DNA from: Trichoplax adhaerens
Lineage: Eukaryota; Animalia; Placozoa
Direction: 5' to 3'
Length of the DNA: 64,000 nucleotides
Assembly (NCBI RefSeq): GCF_000150275.1
Contig: NW_002060943.1
Coordinates: 2,446,462 to 2,510,461, forward strand
Shown: positions 41,201-53,628 of the stretch, one piece after another
Layout: each line of letters begins with the position of its first letter
Numbering within the stretch: the stretch's first letter is position 1
Notes under the pieces: model-generated
Told to the model about the DNA's origin: nothing
The model's input: the letters and a program-made list of their open reading frames with translations, nothing else
Databases searched by the model: none
Made by a program: the position numbers and the translations under genes

Positions 41201-43082
41201 TGAGGTAGATTATTATAGAAATCAACCTGGCCGGCGCACAAGTAACGCCCAAGTAAAGTTGCATGAGTAGTAAACAATGTGGCTACATCCAGAGATTTCA
41301 TTTTGGTCATTATCAAACCAACTGCCGACAACCATTCATGAAAATGTGCAATAACCAAAGCATCCTCAGCTACGCGCTGGCGAAACTAAAGAATCCATTC
41401 AAAGCAATGAGATTATATGCATATTTCCAATGTAAATCATTTACAAGTCACATCTGATCTGTCATCAGTTCATCTTAAAGTAATAGGCGTTATTTACTTG
41501 TCACAGCTTTCTGCGAGGAAACAACTACGAGTGTAATTTTTGAATGCACAATAACTTACCTCACTAAGAAACCAGGTTACTATAAAACCAAATAGTATTG
41601 CATTATCAGTTTCTGAGTCAACAACGTTGGTACTGATATGTGTTTTATCCCATAATTCCTTCTTCCAGGCTTCTAAGGCATGGCGATGAGAATTGATATC
41701 AAATAGGATTACCTGAGGATAACCATCTATAAGCCATCTGCCAACGATCACCTAAATTGCAACCAATAATTTATTTATTTGACTGCAAGAAAAATTCAGT
41801 CTTGTAATTCAAGAGATTTAAAATTGAAATTCTATGCATATACTGTTTATGCGAACGTACGAAGTACCTTAACACCTTTTTCACGCATAGAAGCAACCAC
41901 ATCAGCGATTACTTTATTTTCTGGCTGAATAACTTCTACCTCAGTTCGTACACTCTGTTCATTATAAGGGCCAAGCAAGTAGTAGTGATCGCCCAGTTCT
42001 TCCACTGTCACACCGGCTTTAGTCTTAATTACCGTATAAATGCCACCAACTGCAAGGCAGTAGAAGATATTCTAGTTAGTTATAGTACCCATCAGCAGAT
42101 TTTAATCATATCATTTATTGTTTAGCTGCAAACAAATACAGCATGCTACCGATTAAAGTAGCTGTAAATAACTTTGTAGGTTTTATTGCAGTTTTGTAAT
42201 AACATCTTATTCTGTATTCAAAATCATTTTTATCATGAAAATGATACTATTTCTCTTTCACTGTAGGCATAACCTTTGGATAAGCTTGCATTATAATCAT
42301 CATTATAATCAATCAACCGATCATTATTGCCATTTTTAATCCTGACTAAGTAAGGAACGTTTTATTTCAGAATAGAACATTTCAAGTATTGTAGAAGTTA
42401 TCGTTTGCGGTCAATGATTGCGAATAGCCGTGGTTATAACAAGCTGATCGATTTATTCTAGTACAAGTCTGTAGCACGCTATCCTGGCTACTAAGATACG
42501 AATAATATGACCAATAAGGCTTATCAAGAGACATGCACGTACAGAGCATGAATGCCATCGTGGTTTATTGGCAAGTCGAAATTTATCTGGACTAAAATAG
42601 TGCAAGGTAAACTCTTTTAGGTTACGAATGAACGCCAAGACGACTATCCTATTGCACTATTTGTTAAGTTCATGTACAGAAGCATTGGATAAGCTTTTGA
42701 TCAAGTCTTGCTATCATGATTGTTGGGTAGCAAGTGACTGAAGTGAATTGAGTGGAGGTGCAGGTTCCGACTTAGCATCGGTCTGATAACGGCGATGCCA
42801 TTCTGTTGAATTGTGATCTTGTATCATCTGTCTTATTGTAAGGCGATTTTACTACAGCAATAAAATGTTGTAGTGCAAATATCGTATACGGATGCAATTC
42901 ATTGACTGGGTGCTAATCTCCTTTTACGTGTATCAAACTACATTACCTTTATTAACAACTTCCCAAGCGGTTTCAAAAACATACGGACGTAGACCAGAAA
43001 CGTCGCCTCCAGTTAACTGTAGTTTCATTCCTCCAATATTGGCAGAATTAGCACGGATTAGCTCGCTTTGCTTATTCTCCAT
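38300..43082 (-). CDS. GYS: Glycogen synthase (GT3 family), 19 exons
   Basis: ATG at 43082 ([13 protein letters not shown]...). Motifs: [123 protein letters not shown], and Arg cluster [16 protein letters not shown]. Last exon [14 protein letters not shown] with TAA at 38300-38302. 15-nt micro-exon at 40961-40975. Confidence 0.96.
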
Positions 43083-43095
43083 CTTGAATGAATTA

Positions 43096-43224
43096 TTACT
43101 GTATTAATGATGAAAAATCGTCGATGATCTGCAATTCCTCCTGCTGCTTCGCCCTCTCAGCCGGAATGACGATGAACTTGTGTCTACGTGACGTAGCTGA
43201 CACTTGGGGTGAGATTGACTGCAT
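43096..43224 (-). other. Upstream ORF (42 aa) in the probable 5' leader of glycogen synthase
   Basis: ACCATGC context. Translates to MQSISPQVSATSRRHKFIVIPAERAKQQEELQIIDDFSSLIQ*, with tandem TAA TAA stops; the first stop ends 13 nt before the GYS ATG. Confidence 0.5.
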
Positions 43225-43259
43225 GGTCAACGACTCACGGGCTCGCCTTCAATTGTCGC

Positions 43260-43720
43260 TATTGTCATACACAGTATGATACATTGGAGTTGAAGTATAG
43301 TACTGTAGACAGTATTTCTGATTGTCCTAGTGTACACAGTGCAACAGCAGAGGGTTTATTTTTTTTTTTTTTACCTTTAAACTTTCAACTACAGTAATAC
43401 TGTACAGTACAGTACATCAACATGGTTTTAATCCATTCAATACAAGTTACTAAAGTACAGTAGTTAGGACATAACAGAAAAACTTTTACCAAGATGATTG
43501 ACTGCTAAAGAATGGTCTGAACCCACGCGTCTCCAGTACAGTACAGTACAGTACAGTACAGTACTTACTCTTCACAGTACATAGTACGGTCGAGCCATTG
43601 TACCTTACAGTACTGTACAGCCAATCACGCACTCTTGCACGTTCAGTTCACGCCGTACTAGTGGGACCTTCGGTAGAGAGCAATTGACGGGTTCAACCGT
43701 AGGAGTACAGTACAGTAGAA
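43260..43720. promoter_or_regulatory. TACAGT/(CAGTA)n cluster, putative glycogen synthase promoter
   Basis: About 15 TACAGT/ACTGTA hexamers, including a perfect (CAGTA)6 run at ~43534-43563. Confidence 0.55.
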
Positions 43721-44940
43721 AGGTTTGATAGTGTTCCCTATGGATCAGCAGCGTTGGCGATGCAAAACTGTTTGTGCCCTCGACACTCCTTTTCAGCTAT
43801 CAAAAGAGCTTCCAATTTATTATTAATTTAATTAATATTCGCTCTTAACCCATCAATAAATGTCATAAACAAGCTTTGACAAATGGGATTCGGATAAGTT
43901 TTTGTCAAGTCTTCCCCTTGACAGTAATTCCTCAGGTAGAGAGGGATTGACGGCTTCAACTGTACGAGTACAGTAGAACAGTGCTCCCCATGGATCCGCG
44001 TTCGCGGTGCAAATCAGATTGTGCCCTCGACACACCTTTTCAGCTATCAAAAGAGCTTCCAATTTTCCGCTGCTCGTATTCGCTCTCAACCGATCAATAA
44101 AAATCATAAACAAGCTTTGACAAATGGGATTCGGATAAGTTTTTGCCAAGTCTTCCCCTTGACAGTAATTCCTCAGGTAGAGAGGGATTGACGGCTTCAA
44201 CTGTACGAGTACAGTAGAACAGTGCTCCCATGGATCCTCGTTCGCGGTGCAAATCAGATTGTGCCCTCGACACACCTTTTCAGCTATCAAAAGAGCTTCC
44301 AATTTTCCGCTGCTCGTATTCGCTCTCAACCGATCAATAAAAATCATAAACAAACCTTGACAAATGGGATTCGGACAAGTTTTTGTCAAGTCTTCCCCTT
44401 GGTAGTAACTCCTTAGGTAGAGAGGGATTGACAGGTTCAACTGTACGAGTACAAGGTTGGATAGTGTTCCCTAGTGCTCCCCATGCATCCTCGTTCGCGG
44501 TGCAAATCAGATTGTGCCCTCGACATACCTTTTCAGCTATCAAAAAGGTCTTCCAATTTTCCGCTGCTCGTATTGGCTCTCAAACGATCAATAAAAATTA
44601 GAAACGAGCCTTGACAAATGGGATTCGGACAAGTTTTTGTCAAGTCTTCCCCTTGACAGTAACTCCTTAGGTAGAGAGGGATGGACGGCTTCAACCGTAC
44701 GAGAATACAGTACTGTAGTATAAGGTTGGATAGTGTTCCCTAGTATTCCACATAGATCCGCGTTCGCGGTGCAAAACAGATTGTGCCCTCGACACACCTT
44801 TTCAGCTATCAAAAGAGCTGCCAATTTTCCGCTGTACTTATTTGCTCTCAAACGATCAATAAAAATTATAAACAAACCTTGACAAATGGAATCTATTGGA
44901 TTCGGACAAGTTTATGTCAAGTCTTCCCCTTAACAGTAAC
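43670..44940. repeat. Tandem array of ~240-270 bp units (about 5 copies), relatively GC-rich
   Basis: The CAATAAA anchor recurs at 43854, 44095, 44335, 44589 and 44857 (periods 241, 240, 254, 268). Inner copies are near-identical and outer copies diverged. A minus-strand frame stays open for 195 codons. Confidence 0.95.
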
Positions 44941-47900
44941 TCATTCCTAATTACGGTGGAATGTGAAGCCACAATACAGTAGATGCAAATTTGGGTTTGC
45001 TCGCGCTCTGAAATCTGCTTGAGATCGATCTCATTAAGCTGGTTGGTTTTCCGCAGTTTGCGCATTTAAAAATTATCAATAAAAATGGCAAACTTGCCGT
45101 GATCACCGCATATAAATTCCTCCTACTCTAACAGTAAATAATACTAGCAATGCATACTGCTTAAAACTACACTTGCAACAGTACCGCAAATATCATTGTA
45201 AAAGCAGAATGTACTGGCACTATCAGATATCAAATGGCTTTTTATCAATAAGTTTTGCAGTTGTCGACTGATAATAATGCTTCTCGCAATGGTAGCATTT
45301 TGCAGTATCCTAATCCAACAGGTTTTCAGCAAGATGGTTTTAGTCCTATTAATAGTATCTGCAGTGCTGTAAGTCATGTTAACCACTGCGAGAGCATCTG
45401 GCTTACTTATACAGAACTCATCAATGTTATCAAGTCTAAAGCACCGCCGAGTGGGCTTTGCGTGAATTTGCTCAGTAATTTCGAGAATTGACGAGCTAGT
45501 GCAGTACATGCAGTCCTGCCACAAAGACCATAAATTGACAACCATTTAAAAATAATAAATACCCTAAACAATTTTCTGTTAGTGGTCCATGATTTTATAC
45601 TTGAAAATAAAAAAATTGGCTATACCTGTATTTAGATTATACGATATAGAAACTCCATAAATATGCTGATGCCATTCATTAATAATGTCAATAACTTATA
45701 TAACCATGTATTGTTTTAGAAACTTTTTCAGCAAATGAGCTCAATACTCTATGAAGATAGAAGACCAAATTGAACCTCACCAAAATACTTTAATACACTC
45801 ATACATTATCCATTAACTAGGTATCAACCCTAAGCAATAGACAGGAGAGATTAATATTAACAGTAAATAAAATGTAGCGTGGATAGTGTTGACTGTATTT
45901 TACGGTAGTTACGGCACTGTTACTGAATCGATTTGACGCCAATTAATCTTATAGTAATCACGAGCAGCGTTGATATGTTGATATCTTATCATTGTGTTGC
46001 CTCTTGAATTTAACCATTATGAAATGTAATTTTAAAAATGGCATGCATTAATTTGAATTCCGAGTCCGTATAAACGAACTAACTGCTAATGTTCTATATA
46101 CGAGATAGACAATCTGCAATGGTTAATGGCTCCGAGACGAATCCTTGAACTATTCACCAACGATCTGCTTATTGATGAAAAGAGACTAACTTAGATATTT
46201 TGCTTACAAGATTTATGTACCAGTTTAATTGTCTGTAACTACTACTTAGAGATATAGTTAAATATATATTAGTAACAAGGCGGTAAAGATATACATTCAA
46301 GATTATATTATTAGAGAAATTAAATCTTGTAATGATACTACCATTCATGGACTAGTTCTAAATTGCGACAGATATTATAGGATCCTCTTTTGATACACGC
46401 TATAGCGTCCATGATGATACTTCTATTATTGTGCTGATAATTTTATTTGCCAGATGTTATCATAATCACCACGAATTAATGCATGCTTACCCAGTTTCAA
46501 GTGTAGTGCTTACGTAATTAGCGATCACAACAGCAATGTCAATAAAATCATCATTATACAACATAATACATATCTAGAATACGAATGATATATTATACCT
46601 TATAGGCCTGAATTTTAATTTAAATTTCTCATTATCATGATAATGTAAAACACCTTAGCAACTGCCAGCAAGCAGCTATTGGATATCCAATCAAGTTGAT
46701 CAGTTCAAAATAACAATACAGTTCTATCTCTGTTATTCTTGAACGCAAACTGGATCAATACACATTACAATATAATCCACACTATCCTTTCTCTTTATTG
46801 AAATAGTTATCCTATGATTTCTCTGTGTAACGCTAACAACTGTTTTGACAGCGAATTGTCTACTGTTCCGGTTATGCTTGCTAACAAACTTCTTCACTTT
46901 GTGACTGAGCAACAGATTTTTCAGATTGGAAACAACCGCTGGTAGCGATTTTGCAGGGCTTTGGTATAGACCGTCTGTCAATCTTTAGCGAATTTTCAAA
47001 CTCTTAAATTAAAAATAATATCGCCATTGAAAGGAAGTAAGTCAATTCATTGTTTAAGACCTGCAGCATCAGTTACAATCTATGCTATTTCGTCAAAATT
47101 GAGTAATTCAAGATTTGAACTTTCCTATCATTTTTAGTAGTGGTATTTTAAAAATTGTTTATCATAGTTATTAGCTGTATGGAACTGGAGTACATTTGAG
47201 GATATAGTAAATATGTTAGGTGCACACAATTCAACAAACACTATCAACTGTACTTACAATGATGGTAAATAGTTTTACTACTAATGGCTGACTTACAAGT
47301 GCAGTACAATAATCCACGCATATGTTCACATAGAGTCCATGTTACGGACGAAACGGAAACTAACGATCATTTTTAAACCAAACTGACGATATATCGAAAT
47401 TGCTTAATTATTTACAATTATCACAGGCTACTATTAACGCTAGTTGCATATGGGTCTATCAATACTTGGCATGGATCTTATCTTACACTCTAATCATTTC
47501 CTTGCATACTATTACAAGCATGAAATGAGTCCAATAGGCATACTTTTCCTTGAAAACTTATTTGCGTGCAATCATTAGTGATAACTATCTCTAATTAAAT
47601 AGGTATCTATTAAAGAAGTGACAGATATGATTTTTATCCGTGTAATAATGATACCTTCTCTGAAAATATTTCATCAAATGGTACATTAACTTTGCTTTAC
47701 TGGTATCTAAATCTTTGTTTAGTGAATCTTTAACATGAAAACCATCTTCATAGTTTTTATGTTTCCTTTATTTTATAAGCAATCTACAATAATTTTCTCT
47801 ATTATCAACTGAGTGTTGTGAGACAATTTTCAAAAGTGAAAGACAAATTTCAAGATTAAATGGTTAGAATATGCTAAAATACTGATATCGATAATATAGA

Positions 47901-49874
47901 ACACACTAGTGATCAGATCTAAGTCCGTGTTTTATCATCAGTCCAAATCAAAGCACATAACCATTGATGTAATCGCCGAAATTGAAGCAGCACTGCACAA
48001 CATAACTACTGCATCATCGCAATAACACTTAATGTACGTCTAAAATCCTCAGCAAAGATGGCAGAAATTTGTAAAAATAGCGCGCATTTCTTATCATAAA
48101 TATAAATAGAATAATATAAGTGTATTAGAACTGTATTCTCTCATCATGAAATGGAATACAAGCTAAGCTGTTTCCTGCCTAATTCTTGTAAAGTTAACTT
48201 TCTAGAATCTTTCTTTGGCCCTAAACTACATCACTATTAGATCAGCAAGTCAAAAATTAGTATAGCAACTAATAAATTAATATCTTGCTGATTACATTAA
48301 TAACATAGCGCATTCCAAGATTGCTCATATCGTAAATTGGCTCAAGCTTTTCTACATCCATTTTATAACGACGTCATAAAGTCTTGCTTACTATGATATG
48401 AAATGATCTAATTTAATCCTAATCTGCGTACTAACTGCAGAGTTTACTTTGAATACTACTTCTCAGAAGTCTGATATGTAATACTAAATAGTGCTAAGGT
48501 AATATATTAATGACATTAGCATTAATTAGAAAATCTCTATTATGCTTGATCTTGTGTGCTTACTGCCTACAAGTTTCAATTTGAGCTATGGTAGGAAAAG
48601 CATTATGTCTTCAGCTTCCAGCACAGTGAAGTGGACATGTTATATTTATCATTGTAACACATATAACCACTCAACAAAACTTGCAAAATTATCTTGTAAA
48701 GCTGAAAATAAATATCTAGTAGTATATCGACGCCTGCCTATTCTCAACATCCTCTAAACCTTTCCGAAATTTTAAAAATAAAGAGGAAGCAAATAACAAT
48801 ATCCTGTCCTTAGCTTAGAGTAATATGCGTGGATGCTTTTACAGGTAATTTTGGTAGCCGACTCGAGGGTGGTGTAGGTTTTGCGTAGATTTAGGCCGTA
48901 ATATCCAAAATTTCCATAATATTATCAGTAGTATGACGAGAATCCTGACTGTTGCTTCATATCAATGCAGTTCAAATGCTTATCGATTACGTATACTTTG
49001 ATTAAGCCAGTTCTTTAACTTCTATCATCCCTCAAGGGTATAATATTAGTCTATTATGCTACTTACGACGCCCGGAGTAACTCCAATTATGCCGCTATAA
49101 AATTGTGAATACATTGGTCATTGGTCGAGCTAATATTGCACAAATTGAATTCAATCCTGAAATAACCCTTATTTTACTGTATTAAGTCTCGATTCCTAGA
49201 GCTATCAATATTCACTACCAGTAGTATGATTTAAAAATCCACACAGCTGCTAAGAATCTTTCGATATTACCCTTAGCACTCGTATCTGGGAGTCAATATG
49301 CACTGTGAGATCCCAATTTCACTGCTATTACCATTGCGTTAAATTTTATGTAATTTTAAGCCTTTCTATCTGTTGTTACCTTATTTTCATGGAGTAAAAA
49401 GAATTCCGTATCTGATAATGTTTCTTTCCTGCTCTTTAATATTTAAATTATCATTATAAACTTAAAGATTCAAATAGATAACATAATTCGATCGTTGTCT
49501 TCATTTTTTATTGTAAACAAACAAGCTATTACTACCCAAGCTTAAGCTGTCAAAAAATTGTTTTGCTGTTTCATACATAACTGAATTGTGAAGAATAATA
49601 TTGCAAAGGGATTGAACAATAAATAGGCGAAACCATCGGCTAATGAACAAATTCTATACAATCAACTCGTATAGATCTTTCACATAAGCAGCTTTTAAAA
49701 GTAGTGGTTATGAATTAATTACTATGCAACTTTTATTTGTAAAAATCGATCAAGATACCAATAATTGTTATTATCACAATAATTATTATGTGCGAAACAC
49801 TATATCGCTACTCACAGTTAGCTTTATACAGTACATATTTGATGATGTTAACAATAGCATTATTTTCCCTTTAG

Positions 49875-50230
49875 TGACAGAGCTAGATGAAATGAAGTCT
49901 AACGAAACAAGCCAAGGCCTATCTGAAGAAACTTTACAAAGAATTAATAAACTGATTAAAGAACGAGTCGAAACATATTTCGAAGAATTAGATCAAAAGC
50001 TGAAAAATGGAGAAAAAATAAACGCCGATTTGAAAGATATTGAACCAAGGGATGAGATTAAAGAATATTTTAGGACCATGACAGAAGGTCTAAAACAGAA
50101 AATAGCGCAACCAGAAATGGAATACGAAGGTGAATTGGTTGACCAACATGTAACCGATGGAGAGGAATATGACGAAACTTATGATGAAAACATGGTGGAA
50201 GGTAATGAAGACGAAGAAGAATTTTATTAA
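49875..50230 (+). CDS. Terminal exon of an orphan acidic, helical protein (upstream exons uncertain; candidate mini-exon 48814-48844)
   Basis: Polypyrimidine acceptor TTTTCCCTTTAG at 49874, then an E/K/D-rich frame ending DEEEFY* with AATAAA right at the stop. The N-terminal part of ORF 49724 looks intronic. Confidence 0.6.
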
Positions 50231-53200
50231 ATAAATACACAAATTTGTTCAGAATTTTTTCACGAACGCTACCAAACATGGGATAGCTTCTTTGAAAGTC
50301 AATCTCAAGAAGTGTATCATAACATAATTAATAATTAATTAACATCAAGGTGATGGCTTTTCAAATGACTAACCAACAATAATACCATTCTTTGCTAAAA
50401 TATTCCTTCTACTAGTTGTAGTACTCTGAATATAGTACAATTAATACCAGATTTTGCCATGACGTCTCTCTCGGAGACATCTTTAAATGCCAATAGTCTT
50501 GTTAACGGATTTTTTTTGGCAGTATACGAGTATATTAACCAGTCAATAAAACATTCACGGAGAAAATTAATTTCTATGTAATCTAGCATTGTACGTACAT
50601 TCTCTATTACTCGTCTGATATTACATGACTTGTAACTATCGATCTTTCCGCGGGTATATGATCCTGTAAAGTATACATAGTGATAAAAATTGTATCTAAA
50701 CAAGAAAAATTTTGATGGCCTAGTAAGTGGCTTATCCTCTCATATATCATAGAAATTTCTCTACAAGATTAAAAATTAATGACGTGATTCTGTCTCGGTA
50801 CGTAAAATATCGAATAGTATTCATATGTCAATCTGTAATTGTTACTTTAACGCTATTTTGATTTACCTTAATTCAGCATCATCATTTCTTAGGCTATGCT
50901 TCTTTATCAAGATTCGATACTATTCTGTACTTGTTAACATAATTCCGTACTATGATATTACAGTATTTCGAAAATAGGTAAAATAAAGTATTTTTACTAC
51001 ATACACTCTCCAGATAATTTGCTTGTGTACTTGCTTCAAGAGATATACAGTATTATGCTGCTTAAGCTTAGCAGTACATTTAAATATTCCACATTTAAAA
51101 CACTACAAGCTTTGCAGCAATGATTAAAGATGACAATAAGTACGACCACAACATCTGATTGCTTCATCTGAACAAAATTTCTTCTTCATAAATCTTGTAT
51201 TGTTAATAATAGATTTTCTGGCTAACTTATTTAATATTTACAAGACTTGCTTAAATAATTATAATCTAAGACGCAAAAAAGAAATATGCATTGTTACTAA
51301 AAGACTTTCTAATTAATTTATTAAATATTTATATGTTTAAGTAATTATAATTCAAGATGCACCCAAGTAACACTTATTAATGCCTTCTCCGCTCCGTACC
51401 TCTGCTTGTTAATCTCCCTATTACGAAAATAGATATTCAATAATGATAAAAAAATCCATGATGCTTCAATCCTCTATCTAAAAAGCAATTATTTTAATAT
51501 TTCATGGATAAAACATTCCGAACTATAATGGTAACTGAAGATTCTCACTTGCTTTATATCATTAGCAAACTAAATCATGGTTTAGTTCTTCAGATTTGAG
51601 CACCATATTCTATTTCAGGACAACATACCGTATCGATGTGCTGCTTAAATTATTAAGAGATCGAAATATTTTTAAATCCTAATACATGATATACACGTTA
51701 CTTATAAATAACTAAAAATATATAAATATACTAAAATGCTGCTCGAGATTATAGCACAAACCCAATTTTCAATAATGTGACCTATTTTCCTTTATGCAGT
51801 GTAAATCTTTTTTCCATATACGTATATACATAATGCGTAAAACGTAAACTAGCTGTAAATACAACCATTTGCAACATTTACTATACAGTTTGCGAAGAAA
51901 TAATTATTATAGGTAATTAACTTCCATTAAATCTAATATAGCCAAAATTATGCCATTCTTTTTTTGTTCTATCGCCAATCATCAACTTGGTAGCGAAGTA
52001 ATGGCGTATCAATCACGTTTTGCTTTTGACAATCAAACATTAGTAATAAACAATTATATTTATTATGTTATTAACAAATATCGTCTTAATTAAAAGTCTA
52101 CTGGTACGTTGGCTGTTTATGACTTGATACATCCTGTTACTTCATTTCCGTGAAAGATTTAATTTACACCAGCTGCATGAAAAATGAAAGGAGTGGTTAG
52201 TCTACCAAGTGACAAATTTAAAGCAATTTATTCTATGAAATATACATGCAATTTAAAATTACATCTATAAAAGTTAAATGAAAAAGGGCTTATATTAAAA
52301 ACTATTATGCAATTATGAAATGCTTAAAAAGAAATATATAGTTGCAAGATTAGACGAGACTTGTTCAGTATAGACCAAATCAATAGTAATAAATTTAGGA
52401 AGTTCTAAACACAGTGTGGGCTTCTATACATCAAAGATTAAATTGGTTAACAGACAATTCAGAATAAGCTTATAGATCATAAAATAGATGGGATAAAACA
52501 ATAAAATAAAAATGATTGTAGCCGATAATGCGGTATCAACTTGTATAGATAAAGGAATACTGAAATATTCATCCAAATAACAATTATGTCTAAAGGAAGG
52601 AAGGAGAAAATGATATCGAAATTTTTAGAGTTCAAAGGGCAATAAATTCCTTAAAGTAGAACCCTGACATCCTTTTTCACAAAATTTTGATAGTGATACA
52701 TTGACATAGGATAATACTGTATGGTTAATTACGGGAAAATGTTTAGATATTACTGTCACAAGGTAAGTTAATCTGAATTGAGAAATTAAAACCTTTTCTT
52801 TTACTTATTACGAACAAACATAGAATTCTATACTGATGTGAGAACATTATAGTAAGAACTAAGGAGTATAGACAAGAGTGATACTGCTCTATAAAAGATT
52901 AATCCGATTTTTAAAATAGTTAAAAATCGAGTAGCTAAAATAATGTTTAAAATCTTAACTGATATATTATCAGTAGAGTTGTTAGGATTATCTATTTCGG
53001 TTATACCACTAGCCAAATAGTACTAAGAAATTATCGTCAATCAAATAAAATCTCATTAGAAATTAGGTTACTTCTTTATATTATAAATTGGCTGATTAAT
53101 TAGCAAGTTGACACGAGAATTAGCTTAACAAATTAAATGACTTCTATTCAATTATGAAATTGCGTTTTTATTTTTATTTTTCATTTAACAGAATTACACA

Positions 53201-53628
53201 TAAGGAGTAGGTTTTTGTTAGTACGCAATCACATAGAATCAGTAATCAAGCATGATGATAATCGTGTAGAAATTATCATGTTACACAATTACAGTTTTTT
53301 ATGATATTAACCAATTATAAGGTATCTATTTCGTATGTTCTATGAAGCTGTATATGAAGAAATAAGTGCAATATGGTGAGATGAAGACTGGATTTTAGCT
53401 GTAAACTGCTATCAATATAAATTACTAGTTAAAAGTATAGTGATATTCATTATAATTGTCTAAAACATCGTCATTATAAATATGATATCCTAAAGCTCTA
53501 GCTCCATTAGAGCAAAAGGTTCAAAATTCAATCGTAGCCTTGTGACTTAAATACTATTAATTAAGTAAAGCTGAAAACAATATGAGATTCAGCAAAGCAC
53601 TTCATTATTATTTTCAAGACTTAATTTG

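Noticed and set aside
43925-43945. CTGAGGA on the minus strand of the 240-bp unit followed by a stem, suggesting a hammerhead ribozyme/retrozyme
   Set aside because: No GAAA after the stem (AAAAC instead), extra unpaired bases, and other copies have CTAAGGA; the catalytic core is not conserved.
43670-44940. Tandem arrays as CRISPR-like repeat-spacer structures (also 35197-35727)
   Set aside because: Whole units are repeated with no unique spacers; the context is eukaryotic and there are no cas genes.
45144-45545. Overlapping 133-aa (-) and 78-aa (+) ORFs next to the 240-bp array
   Set aside because: No recognisable domain or consistent exon chain; cannot support a gene call, though a decayed element is possible.
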